A DNA stretch of 64,000 nucleotides from Macrostomum lignano. Taxonomy: Eukaryota. Each line of letters begins with the position of its first letter. Within the stretch, counting starts at the first letter, position 1. A program made the position numbers and the translations under genes. Below the pieces are notes generated by a model that had not been told where the DNA came from, made no database searches, and saw only the letters and a program-made list of their open reading frames with translations. The stretch covers positions 1 through 64,000 of the forward strand of contig NIVC01003365.1 of the NCBI GenBank assembly GCA_002269645.1. The letters run 5' to 3'. Below, piece after piece: positions 1 to 12,238 of this stretch.

Positions 1-1974
1 ATATTTAGGTAGAAGGCTTACTTAACAACTTAGTAGCCTAAAATACTAGTAAATAATAGAGGGCCTACCTTAGAAAAAAGACCAAATTTTTTGGTATATT
101 TTGATATATGCCAATATATTATTTATGCAAAGTTTCAAATAATTGAATTGTAAATTTTGTAATAGCATTACTAGACTAAACATGGAAATCAATTTTGCAT
201 TAGGGCCTAAATAGTTATCAAATTTATAATTATAATATATAGACAACTTATTGTGACTATTTTTTATAATATATTTTATAATTTTTGGTACATATCATAT
301 ACCAAAATTAAAAATTTGTATACTATATACCAAAAGCTCAAAATCACTTTTTCTTTTATATATCAACAATATATATACCAAATTTCTTAAATGTACCCTG
401 GAAATTTCTAGCATATATACCTTCTTCTAGACTATAGGGGTCTATATAGGCTCTAATTTATATTTATAATTTCTGCACTAGACCTATAAATTGTCATATA
501 GGCTTACTTATGTCTAAAACAATGATTGTTGTGCAATAAATGATGACTACAAATGTTTAGCCAAAACAACTAAAGCAATGCTAATGCCAAGCCAACATAT
601 TTACAAAAAGATATTATTAAAATGCTCATTATTGCTTTCCAGAAACATTCTATTTGTTTATAATAACTATCCAATAATTAAAATATTGTAGTCTATTGAG
701 TAGGTCCTAGTCCTATTCAGTTTTCTTTCAAGTTTTTTATAATTTTACTCTATACTATACTATAGCATTAATGTTGCATATTCTTGGCAATTTTTTTAAA
801 ATTATCTTTCTTGCTTTACAGTTGCACCACTTTTTGCTCTGGCTCTCTGTTGGTTGCACATTATCCTACACTAGGTGACTAGGGCCTAGGGGGCCTAGGC
901 TTAGGACCAGACCAGGTCCATTTTGAAATTTATCGTGTTGTGCAAAAACATCCCTCTGTTTAAATAAAGTACATGTAAATATGGTCATTTAAGTCAGTTC
1001 TGGCGCCTAGGACCACGGAACTGGCCATCACCCTTGGTTGTACTTGTACCACTGGTACGTGTGATGTAGTAGACGTCGTACCACATAAATTGATACAAGA
1101 ATTGAAAGGCCGCGCCGATCAAAACCGAACTTCACATTGTTAGAAAAGTCCCAGCTAAACAAATAATTAATGATTAAACTCTACTCTTCTTTTAAAGTTT
1201 TTGCTGTAACTTAAAAATATTAGTTTTTAGTGATGTATTTTTCTTTTAAATTGCTTTTTATGCATATGACTTTTGAGTTTCTGTTTTGGCTCTTTTTTGA
1301 CTGCAACTGGATGACCACAGGCTTGACTTATTGCCTGATCCGCAATTTAAGAATCGACACTAAGCTGTGACTAAGGTAACCGAGTCTGCGTTTAAGGGTA
1401 CAATTATCATGAATACAATCCACTTCGGTGATAGCCACTTTGGTACCTGCCATTTTGGTATAAAAATGACCACTTCGGTAACAAAGCAGATTTACGACTA
1501 TCAGTATCAACACTATATTTCTTTGGTAATTAAATTAGTAACAATTAGTTTAACAATTAACATCTTAAATAATATATTTCCACATATTGTTAAATTTTCT
1601 TGCTAAACTGTATTATAATTTGTTTCAACTTTCGCGTTAATTTTGTGATAAATAAGTTAAACACATGCAGGTACTAATGTGATATTTAATATTTTGTTGG
1701 CAAACAAAATGACTACATTGTATTTTTGCAGACAAAAGGGTGGCAAACAAACTGGCAGCAGACAAAATGACTATCAACCTAAAATGTAATTTTAGTTTTA
1801 TATATTTATAGTTTTTATAAATGAAGGAAAAGTTGAATTCATTAAAACAATGTAATTTCTAATGGTTTTTGTATTGGGTCTATTATTATGCCTATTTTAA
1901 ATTAGTGTAATACTTTTATTATAACTTACTTTATAATTCTTTGTACTCTGTAAAAATCTTTTCCAACTCTCATT

Positions 1975-2238
1975 CAGGGGCGTAGCAAGGGGGGTATCGA
2001 TATATCGGCCAATATCCCCAAATTTCCAAAGCAACATTTTTTTCCCTTTTTCAGTTGCAATTGTGACTGTTAAGGAAGAGAAAGGTATCCAAATCGAAAG
2101 AATAACAATTAACAAACAAATAGAGTAATTATATGTATTATGCACTAGAAATACATTAAGGGGATATGTGGATCTCAAGCCCTTGCTTTCTGATAACAGC
2201 TAACCGATACCCCCAAAAAAATCCTGGCTACGCCCCTG
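1975..2238. mobile_element. hAT-superfamily MITE (264 bp)
   Basis: Perfect 12-bp TIR CAGGGGCGTAGC (1975-1986) / GCTACGCCCCTG (2227-2238). Exact 8-bp TSD CTCTCATT at 1967-1974 and 2239-2246. No ORF. An 8-bp TSD with a CAG-start TIR is the established hAT signature. Confidence 0.9.
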
Positions 2239-3223
2239 CTCTCATTTGTACACTTATACTTTGGCTATGTATGCATTGAAATTTTTAATTGCCTTCACTG
2301 AAGGGAACAATGCAAACAAATCTGCCACGCAACTAAATGCATTGCAATTAAAAAGAATTGCAGACAAACCTGGGGGGGGGAACTCGCCAAGCAATTAGCT
2401 TGCAGGCAATTCACTTGTGGGAAAAATGCACTGCAGGCAAATCTTAGTAGGTAATTTGTCTATAGGCAATTCTTATGGACCCCTTTATAATAGATAGGCT
2501 TTGTAATAAGGAAAGCAATACATTATTATCATTGGCTAGGGCTAGTACTTAAATCAATGTTGAAACTATTGGCCAATTTTATTTAACTTTTGCAGTCTCT
2601 ATTTTCTATATTGATAAATTGTTTAATTATATTCTTAATGCATGTTTATATTTTATATCATACTTTTATAAAGAAAGAATTGCAATAAGCAAAATTACCC
2701 ATGCAAAAAAATATACATCATTATTTATATTTTTATAACTTTCTATATCTTATCATAAAAATGTCTTAATAGTTTATATAGCCATATTTTACTTTTTCTA
2801 AAACAAGTTGTTTTGTCTACCACTAGACAAAAAAGTAGCAGATAAAATGACTTTGCACAAAAAAATGACATGCCAAAGGGATGGAACATTAAAGGGGTAG
2901 TGCACACATAAAGGGTAATGCACAGAAGTGACTACATGTTGAAGTGTAGTGCACTTGTGCTATCCCTCTGGTTGCACTAAGTTGCCAATGGCTTTCATCA
3001 CCTGCACAGCCTTGAGAAGCAGCCAATTTGTCACAGCAGCTTTAATTTGAGAAACATTTTAATGACAGCCAGTCTGCAGGAATAGGCTAGAGGAGGCACA
3101 CAAAGTTTTGCATTTTCTGCAAATTTCTACTAAGTGAAAATTAGTAAACTGCTTATTAGCTAAATTAATAAAAACTATAAGACAATGGTTTAGATAGATT
3201 AGACAAGTTGAATGTAGTTAATC

Positions 3224-3521
3224 CATACATGTGCAACCTCCAAAATTCGGTCAGCCGTGCGACTTAGTTTTAACAAAAATGCGACGTAGTTTTTGGCCAA
3301 AAATGCGACTTACATATAAAAAAACCCGAAAGCAAAATTAACGCAACTTTGGGTAAACGGCAGGAGTAACTATGACTGTTTTATTAAGCTAAAATGCCTC
3401 GTCAGCTACTTAGAACTACTCTTCAGGTTATTTTTTGGGTGGGCATTTTTGCGACTTCCTTGATTGGCCGCCAAATCGGTCGGCCGGATCGGCCGACTCG
3501 GCCGACTGTTGCGCATGTATG
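3224..3521. mobile_element. hAT-superfamily MITE (298 bp), second family
   Basis: 14-bp TIR CATACATGTGCAAC / GTTGCGCATGTATG (1 mismatch). Exact 8-bp TSD AGTTAATC at 3216-3223 and 3522-3529. Confidence 0.88.
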
Positions 3522-4011
3522 AGTTAATCCCATCATTTATTTAATGAAACTGGACAAACAGTGCAGGATTCACCTACTTATTAGCTGATGAGGCAATTTG
3601 ATCATGGTTATTCCAGCTTTTAACCCCATTTGCCCCTTATATTAGCAATGCTTGGCGCATATCCATGGGCTTTGATAGTTTATTTCAATAGATTAGTTAT
3701 TTATTGATTACCATTTTTATCCAAAATACATATATCTATAGTATTATAATCAGCCATATTAGAATAAGTTTGAAAAACCTGCAGATGTACACTACATAGA
3801 TACAAAAATGGCCCAAAAGTGCAATATACAAGCCATAGGATACAGAAACATTAAAATAGAATTTATGGAATGCAACTCCATAAACATCAAAGATAAAGCA
3901 ATAAAGTGTTTCAAATATGTTATTTTACTTTTTATGTTTTAATAGTAACTCCTTTGCTAAAATTCCTTTTATATAATAGCTGTAATATTACACATTCTTA
4001 TAATTTTCCAG

Positions 4012-7000
4012 ATGGCAGACAATGACCATTCAGAGGAGCCAACTCCATATATTGAGGCAATTGTCACTTACATCTCCTATGTGCTGCTGGCTGTGTTTGG
4101 CCACATTAGAGACTTCCTACGCAACAAAGGATTTGAGGCTAATATGATTGCAACAGAGCCAGATCGGACTAAGGTATTTTGTTGTTTGCTTTGTAAAATA
4201 TTTAAATACATAAGTAATTATTGCAAAGCATTGTGAATTAAATGATTGCCAATATGGATAAGGAGTATTAAGGAGCATCTGTTTTATTTCTACAGTTATA
4301 TCACGGATGTATTGTTAGTATTTTCTTTTTTGCTTTTTAAGAGCAGTGTGAAGAAGAAGGATAAGTTATAAGAAGCATATAATAAAGCCTATAATGCATA
4401 TAAAGCATATAAAGCATATGAAGCATATAATGGTTATAAGAACCATTATAAGAAGCAGTAAACAAGAAATGGATTTTGCGAAACCGGAATTTTTTGTTTA
4501 GTTTTTTTCATCACAAATCACAAAACTTTGGCCTGCAAAGCCTCTCTATTCGGTCCTCGAGTCCTTTAAAACTTCACGATAGCAACCCGTCCCGCTCAAG
4601 GTTTTGTCTCTCTTCTCTAAGTGCAGATATATAATACTAATTTATAATCTTGCACCGAAATGCTCTGCGATGCGATTTTCTGGGTGAGTACGTGGGATCA
4701 ATTCAAGAATTGCTCATTTCTAGAAGTGCCGCTTTCGAAAGAAATGAGCCTTTTTTCTACTTGCAGTTTCAGTTTTTTCTGCATTCTGCAAGCCGTCTTG
4801 TTTCGATATAGTATATGGTGCTATCTCGTTAGTCGTATATGCCTTGGATATTTGCGTGTTCTAAAAATAGTTTTTTAGCAGTTTCATTTTCTATTAATGT
4901 TGTTAAAGAGCTGGCATGCATTGTATATTATATGAATAGGATGATGGAAAGAGATAGTTAAACGTTTATCTACAAGATGCACGTTGTACCCACTTTTTAT
5001 AATGAAAAATAGACAAAAACTGATTCTTTTAATATTTTAGCTAGCATTAAGGTATTCCCAAACAGTACACACTTTTACCTTGCAATAAAAATCTTTTAAT
5101 TGTCATTACTCTCTAAGTTCTCAGTCTGGGTGAGCACCAGCCTCCCAGATCCTCCTCAGTTGCTGGTCCAGCCTCCCAGATCCTCCTCAGTTGCTGAACC
5201 AGCCTCCCAGGTCCTCAATTGCTGGGCCAGCCTCCCAGATCCTCAGTTGCTGGGCCAGCCTTCCAAATCCTCGGTTGCTAGAGCAGCCTCCCTCCCAGAT
5301 CCTCAGTTGCTGGGCCAGCCTCTCAGATCCTCAGTTGCTGGGCTAGCCTCCCAGATCCTCAGTTGCTGGGCCAGCCTCCCTCCCAGATCCTCAGTTGCTG
5401 GGCCAGCCTCCCAGATCCTCAGTTGCTGGGCCAGCCTCCCAGATCCTCAGTTGCTGGGCCAGCCTCCCAGATCCTCAGTTGCTGGGCCAGCCTTCCAGAT
5501 CCTCAGTTGCTGGGCCAACCTCCCAAATCCTCAGTTGTTGGGCCAGCCTCCCAAATCCTCAGTTGTTGGGCCAGCCTCCTAGATCCTCAGTTGCTGGTCC
5601 AGCCTTCAAATCCTCAGTTGCTAGACCAGCCACCCAGATCCTCAGTTGCTGGGCCAGCCTTCCAAATCCTCAGTTGCTAGACCAGCCACCCAGATTCCCA
5701 GATCCTCAGTTGCTGGGCCAGCCTCCCAGATCCTCAGTTGCTGGGCCAGCCTCCCAGATCCTCAGTTGCTGGGCCAGCCTCCCAGATCCTCAGTTGCTGG
5801 GCCAGCCTCCCAGATCCTCAGTTGCTGGGCCAGCCTCCCAGATCCTCAGTTGCTGGGCCAGCCGCCTCTACACCCCAGATCGTGTTTTTGCAGCGAAAAA
5901 GCAGTTTAATAAAAGATCCAACCCTGTGCGAACTCAATTGATCCCCAATCGAGCAGAGCTTTGTCCCGCTCTACCAAAACTTCGAGTCATTCTTTACTCG
6001 CAATCTGTACCGGCGGATTCGCGACTGCTGGAACCGGCCAATCACCACCTGCCCCGGGGCCGAGTTCGAAGTGATGGACCGCGACAGCCCGGACTACGGC
6101 TGGACATTCCGCTATCCGGGCAGCACCACCCGGGCGGTGAACTTTGGCAGCTATAATTATCTTGGATTCGCAGAGTCGTCCGGCTATTGCGCTGACGCGG
6201 CCGTCGCCGCCACGGAGATGTACGGCTGCGGGGTCGGTAGCTCGCGGACTGAGGTGATGTCTATTTGCTATTAATAAATGGGATTTAGTATCGCTTAATA
6301 CATGATTCAGTGACCTTAACACATGATTCAGTGACTTTAGCACATGATTCAATGACATTAATACATGATTCAGTGACGTTGATACATGATTTAGTGACCT
6401 TGATACATGATTCAGTGACCTTAATACATGATTCAGTGACCTTAACACATGATTCAGTGCCTTAATACATGATTTAGTGACCTTAATACATGATTCAGTG
6501 ATCTTAATACATAAATTAGTGGCGCCTAATATACGGTATGGTACTTTGCTCTTTTTATTTTTAGGCACCAAGACGTATTAGTATTAGTAGATTCTTCAAA
6601 CCTTTCCATTCGTTGAGAGTCCTTGGTTCGCGCTCCCTACCTTAATTATTCTACCAATCCGACATGAACACTTGCCAGGTCGGCAGTCTAAATATTCACA
6701 CTCAGCTGGAGCGGGCCATGGCCGAGTACCTGGGCACGGAGGACGCCATTGTATTCCCTATGGGATTCGCCACTAACGCCCTCAACATGGCCGCCCTGGT
6801 TGGCAAGGGGTGCTGCATCCTATCCGATGAGCTCAATCACAGCTCCCTGGTGCTCGGCTCTCGACTAACCGGCGCCACTATCAAAATATTTAAGCACAAT
6901 AATCCGGCAGATCTAGAGGCCAAGCTCAGGGAGGCCATTGTCTATGGCCAGGCCAGGACTAGGCGGCCGTTTACTAAGATACTCATTGTGGTGCGTTGGG

Positions 7001-7427
7001 TTGGCATGCCTGCCTTGTGAGGTCTGGTCTATCTGTCTGGCTATCTATCTATGTCTGTCTGTCTCTATCTGTCTGTCTATCTATCTATCTGTCTGTCTCT
7101 ATCTGTCTGTCTGTCTCTGTCTGTCTATCTATCTATCTTTCTGTCTGTCTCTGTCTGTCTATCTATCTATCTATCTGTGTGTCTCTATCTGTCTGTCTAT
7201 CTATCTATCTATCTGTCTATCTCTATCTGTCTGTCTATCTATCTATCTATCTGTCTGTCTCTATCTGTCTGTCTATCTATCTATCTATCTGTCTGTCTCT
7301 ATCTGTCTGTCTATCTATCTATCTATCTGTCTGTCTCTATCTGTCTGTCTATCTATCTGTCTGTCTCTATCTGTCTGTCTGTCTATCTATCTATCTGTCT
7401 ATCTATCTATCTATCTATGTCTGGCTG

Positions 7428-7470
<43 letters not shown>

Positions 7471-7503
7471 GTCTATCTATCTATCTATCTATATGTCTGG
7501 CTG

Positions 7504-7574
<71 letters not shown>

Positions 7575-7607
7575 GTCTATCTATCTATCTATCTATATGT
7601 CTGGCTG

Positions 7608-7656
<49 letters not shown>

Positions 7657-7667
7657 ATGTCTGGCTG

Positions 7668-7714
<47 letters not shown>

Positions 7715-7747
7715 GTCTATCTATCTATCTATCTATATGTCTGGCTG

Positions 7748-7836
<89 letters not shown>

Positions 7837-7847
7837 ATGTCTGGCTG

Positions 7848-7882
<35 letters not shown>

Positions 7883-7915
7883 GTCTATCTATCTATCTAT
7901 CTATATGTCTGGCTG

Positions 7916-7988
<73 letters not shown>

Positions 7989-7999
7989 ATGTCTGGCTG

Positions 8000-8040
<41 letters not shown>

Positions 8041-8051
8041 ATGTCTGGCTG

Positions 8052-8082
<31 letters not shown>

Positions 8083-10052
8083 GTCTGTCTATCTATCTAT
8101 CTATCTATCCGTCTATCTGTCTATCTATCTATCTATCCCTTATCCCAATTAATCCTACCCTTATCCCATAGATCCCGCACTTGGGATCCACCCCAATCCA
8201 CCCCAATAGCATGTAATGCGCCAGCCGGACGCCCCGCAGGTGGAAGGCGTGTACAGCATGGAGGGCAGCATAGTCCGCTTGCCCGAGATCATTGCCCTGA
8301 AGAAGCGCTACCAGGCCTATCTATACTTAGACGAGGCGCACTCAATCGGAGCCCTGGGCGCCAGCGGTCGCGGAGTTGTGGATTATTACGGCTGCGATCC
8401 TCGCGACGTCGACGTTCTAATGGGCACCTTCACTAAGAGCTTCGGCGGCGCCGGCGGCTACATCGCCGGCAGCTCCAGGCTCGTCCAGCACGTGAGGCAG
8501 TCCAGCCACAGCGCCATCTACGGCGCATCAATGCCCGCCCCCGTGGCGGCGCAGATTCTCACGGCGTTGAGCATCCTGCTAGGCAGGGCCGGCCCGCCCG
8601 ACGAGGGCAAGCGGCGACTTCGTCAGTTGTCGGTCAATGCGCAGTACATGCGGGCCCGGCTGCACCAGCTGGGACTCATTGTTTACGGCGATAGGGACAG
8701 CCCGGTGGTGCCTTTTATGATCTTCATGCCCGGCAAGGTGGCCGCCTTTGCCAGGCTGTCCCTGGCCCACGGGCTGGGCATTGTTGTGGTCGGCTATCCC
8801 GCTACGCCAATCATCGAGGCCAGGGCCCGCATCTGCCTGTCCGCTGCGCACAGTCTGGACATGATCGACCGCAGCGTGCAGGTCTGTCTTCTGCACTCTC
8901 TGCTATTTAAAATATCAGTCAGTCAGTCAATCAGTCAGTCAGTCAGTTAGTCAATCATTCAGTCAGTCAGTCAGTCAGTCAGTCAGTCAGTCAGTCAGTC
9001 AGTCAGGCAGTGAGTCAGTCAGTCAGTCAGTCAGTCAGTCAGTCAGTCAGTCAGTCAGTCAGTGAGTCAGCCAGCCAGTCAGTCAGTCAGTCAGTCAGTC
9101 AGTCAGTCAGTCAGTGAGTGAGTCAGTCAGTCAGTCAGTCAGTCAGTCAGTCAGTCAGTCAGTCAGTCAGTCAGTGAGTCAGCCAGTCAGTCAGTCAGTC
9201 AGTCAGTCAGTCAGTCAGTCAGTCAGTCAGTCAGTCAGTCAGTCAGTCAGTCAGTCAGTGAGTGAGTCAGTCAGTGAGTCAGTCAGTCAGTCAGTCAGTC
9301 AGCCAGTGAGTGAGTCAGTTAGTCAGTCAGTCAGTCAGTCAGTGAGTGAGTGAGTCAGTCAGTCAGTGAGTCAGTCAGTCAGTCAGTCAGTCAGTCAGTC
9401 AGTCAGCCAGTCAGTCAGTCAGTCAGTCAGTCAGTCAGCCAGTGAGTCAGTCAGTCAGTCAGTCAGTCAGTCAGTCATTAGTCAGTCAGTCATTAGTCAG
9501 TCAGCTATTAGCATTCATAAATGACTTATGTAACATAAATTCAGTCCTACAAAAAAAGCGAGTAACTTTGAACTTTAGAATAAGGCAGTCCATCTAGGGC
9601 CCTCACCCCAATACTTGACCTGTAGACTGACTCTATTAGAGGGCACGCGCTACTGGAGTGAGAGCTAACTGAACACATAATTTGTGCTTATAAATTTCTC
9701 TTATCTTTAGCCCCACTGGAAAGTTTGGCAGATGATAGCTTATCAAAATTGCTTCTTAAGTTTTTTGTATAAGAAATTTTGCATTAAAATTTTTTTCCTC
9801 TGAGTTACTTTAATAACGCTACATATCGGTAACTTTAACGTGCTGTATTTCCTTACCCATTTAAACTGTGCGCAGGTGATTGACAAGCTGAGCCGGCTGC
9901 TGCGCATTCGCTACAGTCGGAGACAGCCTCCCGATTGGACTCGGGACCGGACAAGGGCCTGGGCGGAGGCTCAGCTGGCCGAGTTCTCCCGCCCGCTGGC
10001 GCCAACTCATGTAGCGTCAAGCGCCAATGGCGTGGCTTTGATTGGCGCTTGA
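4012..10052 (+). CDS. SPTLC2: Serine palmitoyltransferase 2 (LCB2 subunit, PLP-dependent aminotransferase class II), about 529 aa, 5 exons
   Basis: Exons 4012-4173, 5957-6253, 6679-6990, 8240-8881 and 9876-10052 all have GT-AG boundaries, are all phase 0, and join in frame. The translation has SPTLC2 hallmarks: [87 protein letters not shown] (PLP Lys at 8435-8437), VGYPATP and [10 protein letters not shown]. An additional upstream exon is possible because the ATG directly follows an acceptor AG. Confidence 0.95.
5137..5863. repeat. 28-bp minisatellite (CAGATCCTCAGTTGCTGGGCCAGCCTCC)n, about 26 copies, SPTLC2 intron 1
   Basis: Direct reading. It generates the spurious [14 protein letters not shown] ORFs in all three + frames. 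Confidence 0.95.
6295..6511. repeat. 21-bp minisatellite (TTAATACATGATTCAGTGACC)n, about 10 copies, SPTLC2 intron 2
   Basis: Direct reading of the tandem units. Confidence 0.9.
7026..8137. repeat. (TCTA)n/(TCTG)n compound microsatellite, about 1.1 kb, SPTLC2 intron 3
   Basis: Direct reading, with periodic ATGTCTGGCTG interruptions. Source of the spurious SIYL ORFs. Confidence 0.98.
8914..9506. repeat. (TCAG)n microsatellite, about 0.6 kb, SPTLC2 intron 4
   Basis: Direct reading. Confidence 0.98.
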
Positions 10053-10255
10053 AATTTTAACTATTACTAGTGACCGGAGATTAGTGGCTTTACTTGACTT
10101 GTTTAGACAGTAAAAAACTGGACAACTGTGTCAAATAATGCTTTATCATATTACTCGTAGATCTATTCATTTTTGTAGTCTCCATCTGAAGGGCCGAGTT
10201 TACTTGTGACAAATTCTGCGGGCCTCTGTTTCTGATTGTTGCATGGGCCATGAAG

Positions 10256-10673
10256 CCGGGATCTAGGATTAGGGTCGTCTGGGATCCGGGATTAGGGTCA
10301 TCTGGGATCCGGGATTAGGGTCATCTGGGATCCGGGATTAGGGTCATCTGGGATCCGGGATTAGGGTCGTCTGGGATCCGGGATTAGGGTCATCTGGGAT
10401 CCGGGATTCGGGTCGTATCCGGGATTAGGGTCATCTGGTATCCGGGATTAGGGTCATCTGGTATCCGGGATTAGGGTCATCTGGTATCCGGGATTAGGGT
10501 CATCTGGGATCCAGGATTAGGGTCATCTGGGATCCGGGATTAGGGTCATCTGGGATTCGAGATTAGGGTCATCTGGGATTCGAGATTAGGGTCATCTGGG
10601 ATCCAGGATTAGGGTCATCTTGTATCCGGGATTAGGGTCATCTGGGATCCGGGATTAGGGTCTTCTGGGATCT
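10256..10673. repeat. 23-bp satellite (CCGGGATTAGGGTCATCTGGGAT)n, about 18 copies, with one TTAGGG per unit
   Basis: Direct reading. Starts about 200 bp downstream of the SPTLC2 stop codon. Confidence 0.95.
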
Positions 10674-10940
10674 GTTATTCAAAAATGATGTCCAGAAATC
10701 TAATTAGCAATTTTAGTTTGGTAATTAAATGATAAATTTTGCATTAGATGTATTTTTCTAACTAAGATTACTGGCTTATCAGAATATAAATGCTAACTGT
10801 GTTTTATAATTCATTATGATTCCCCTCCAGCTTAATTAGTTTGTTAATATGGCTGTACTTGTGCCTTAATTTGTGATCGTTGATTAAAAGCTGACTACTC
10901 TTAACTTAAAGTTAAAGATTACTCTTAAAGTATTTTAAAT

Positions 10941-11336
10941 TAGACAATCTCAGTGAGAATCACTGTCTAGACAATCTCAGTGAGAATCACTGCCTAGACA
11001 ATCTCAGTGATAATCACTGCCCAGACAATCTCAGTGAGAATCACTGCCCAGACAATCTCAGTGAGAATCACTGCCCAGACAATCTCAGTGATAATCACTG
11101 CCCAGACAATCTCAGTGAGAATCACTGCCCAGACAATCTCAGTGAGAATCACTGCCTAGACAATCTCAGTGAGAATCACTGCCTAGACAATCTCAGTGAG
11201 AATCACTGCCTAGACAATCTCAGTGAGAATCACTGCCTAGACAATCTCAGTGAGAATCACTGCCTAGACAATCTCAGTGAGAATCACTGCCTAGACAATC
11301 TCAGTGAGAATCACTGCCTAGACAATATCAGTGAGA
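10941..11336. repeat. 27-bp palindromic minisatellite (AGACAATCTCAGTGAGAATCACTGCCT)n, about 14.5 copies
   Basis: Direct reading. The units abut with no spacers. Confidence 0.95.
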
Positions 11337-11856
11337 GTTGTGATTCAATTGCTTTTAGAACCATAGAAGAGTGCAACTGACTGACTTTTAATCAAGAAAC
11401 TGTCATGATCACAAGCGAATATCTCTTGGAAAATTGCCGATCAGTTAGCGCACAACTCTACTGCAAGTAGAAATACGAGTATATTGCAACTTTTTTTTCT
11501 AACGAAATTCAAATCTTCCAATTGCCTACGGTTAGAGTTTGACTGTTAACACAATTCTGTTTGTCATTATTTTTATATTTCGATTTTCGATTAACATTTG
11601 CGCTGCGGCGCAGTACGGGTTTGTCATATGCAATTCTTTTAGCAGAAGTTTAAAATTACATCAGCAGTTATGTTTTGCTTAACATTATTTTCAAATAAAT
11701 TTTATCCATTTTCTAGCGGATATTTGGCCGTGCTTTTCTACAATACAATCCTGTCTATTGGAACTATTTTTATGACCTTTTGATTTTGAAGCAAAACTTT
11801 GAAGTCATTTTATCGTTTTGCTTTCTTGAAACTTCTTTGCACTTCTTGTAAATTCA

Positions 11857-12238
11857 CAGACAAATTCCCCATTCAGCCAAAGACAATATGAGCAATTTTT
11901 AATCCACCATAAACAGTTGAGCGATTCCCCATTCAACCATAGACAGTTTAGGCGATTCCCCATTCAGCCACAGACAGTCTGAGCGATTCCCTATTCAGCC
12001 ATAGACAGTCTGAGCGATTCCCCATTCAGCCACAGACAGTCTGAGCGATTCCCTATTCAGCCATAGACAATCTGAGCGATTCCCCATTCAGCCATAGACA
12101 ATCTGAGGGATTCCCCATTCAGCCATAGACAGTCTGAGCGATTCCCCATTCAGCCATAGACAGTCTGAGCGATTCCCCATTCAGCCATAGACAGTCTTAG
12201 CGATTCCCCATTCAGCCAGAGACAGTATAAGCGACTCC
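11857..12238. repeat. 31-bp minisatellite (CCATTCAGCCATAGACAGTCTGAGCGATTCC)n, about 12 copies
   Basis: Direct reading. Confidence 0.92.

Noticed and set aside
5100-9353. Long ORFs (GQPPRSS..., SIYL..., SQSV...)
   Set aside because: These are translations of intronic micro/minisatellites open in several frames, lying inside SPTLC2 introns.
10941-12238. Palindromic 27-bp and 31-bp repeat arrays as CRISPR
   Set aside because: Units are contiguous with no unique spacers, there are no cas genes, and the context is eukaryotic.
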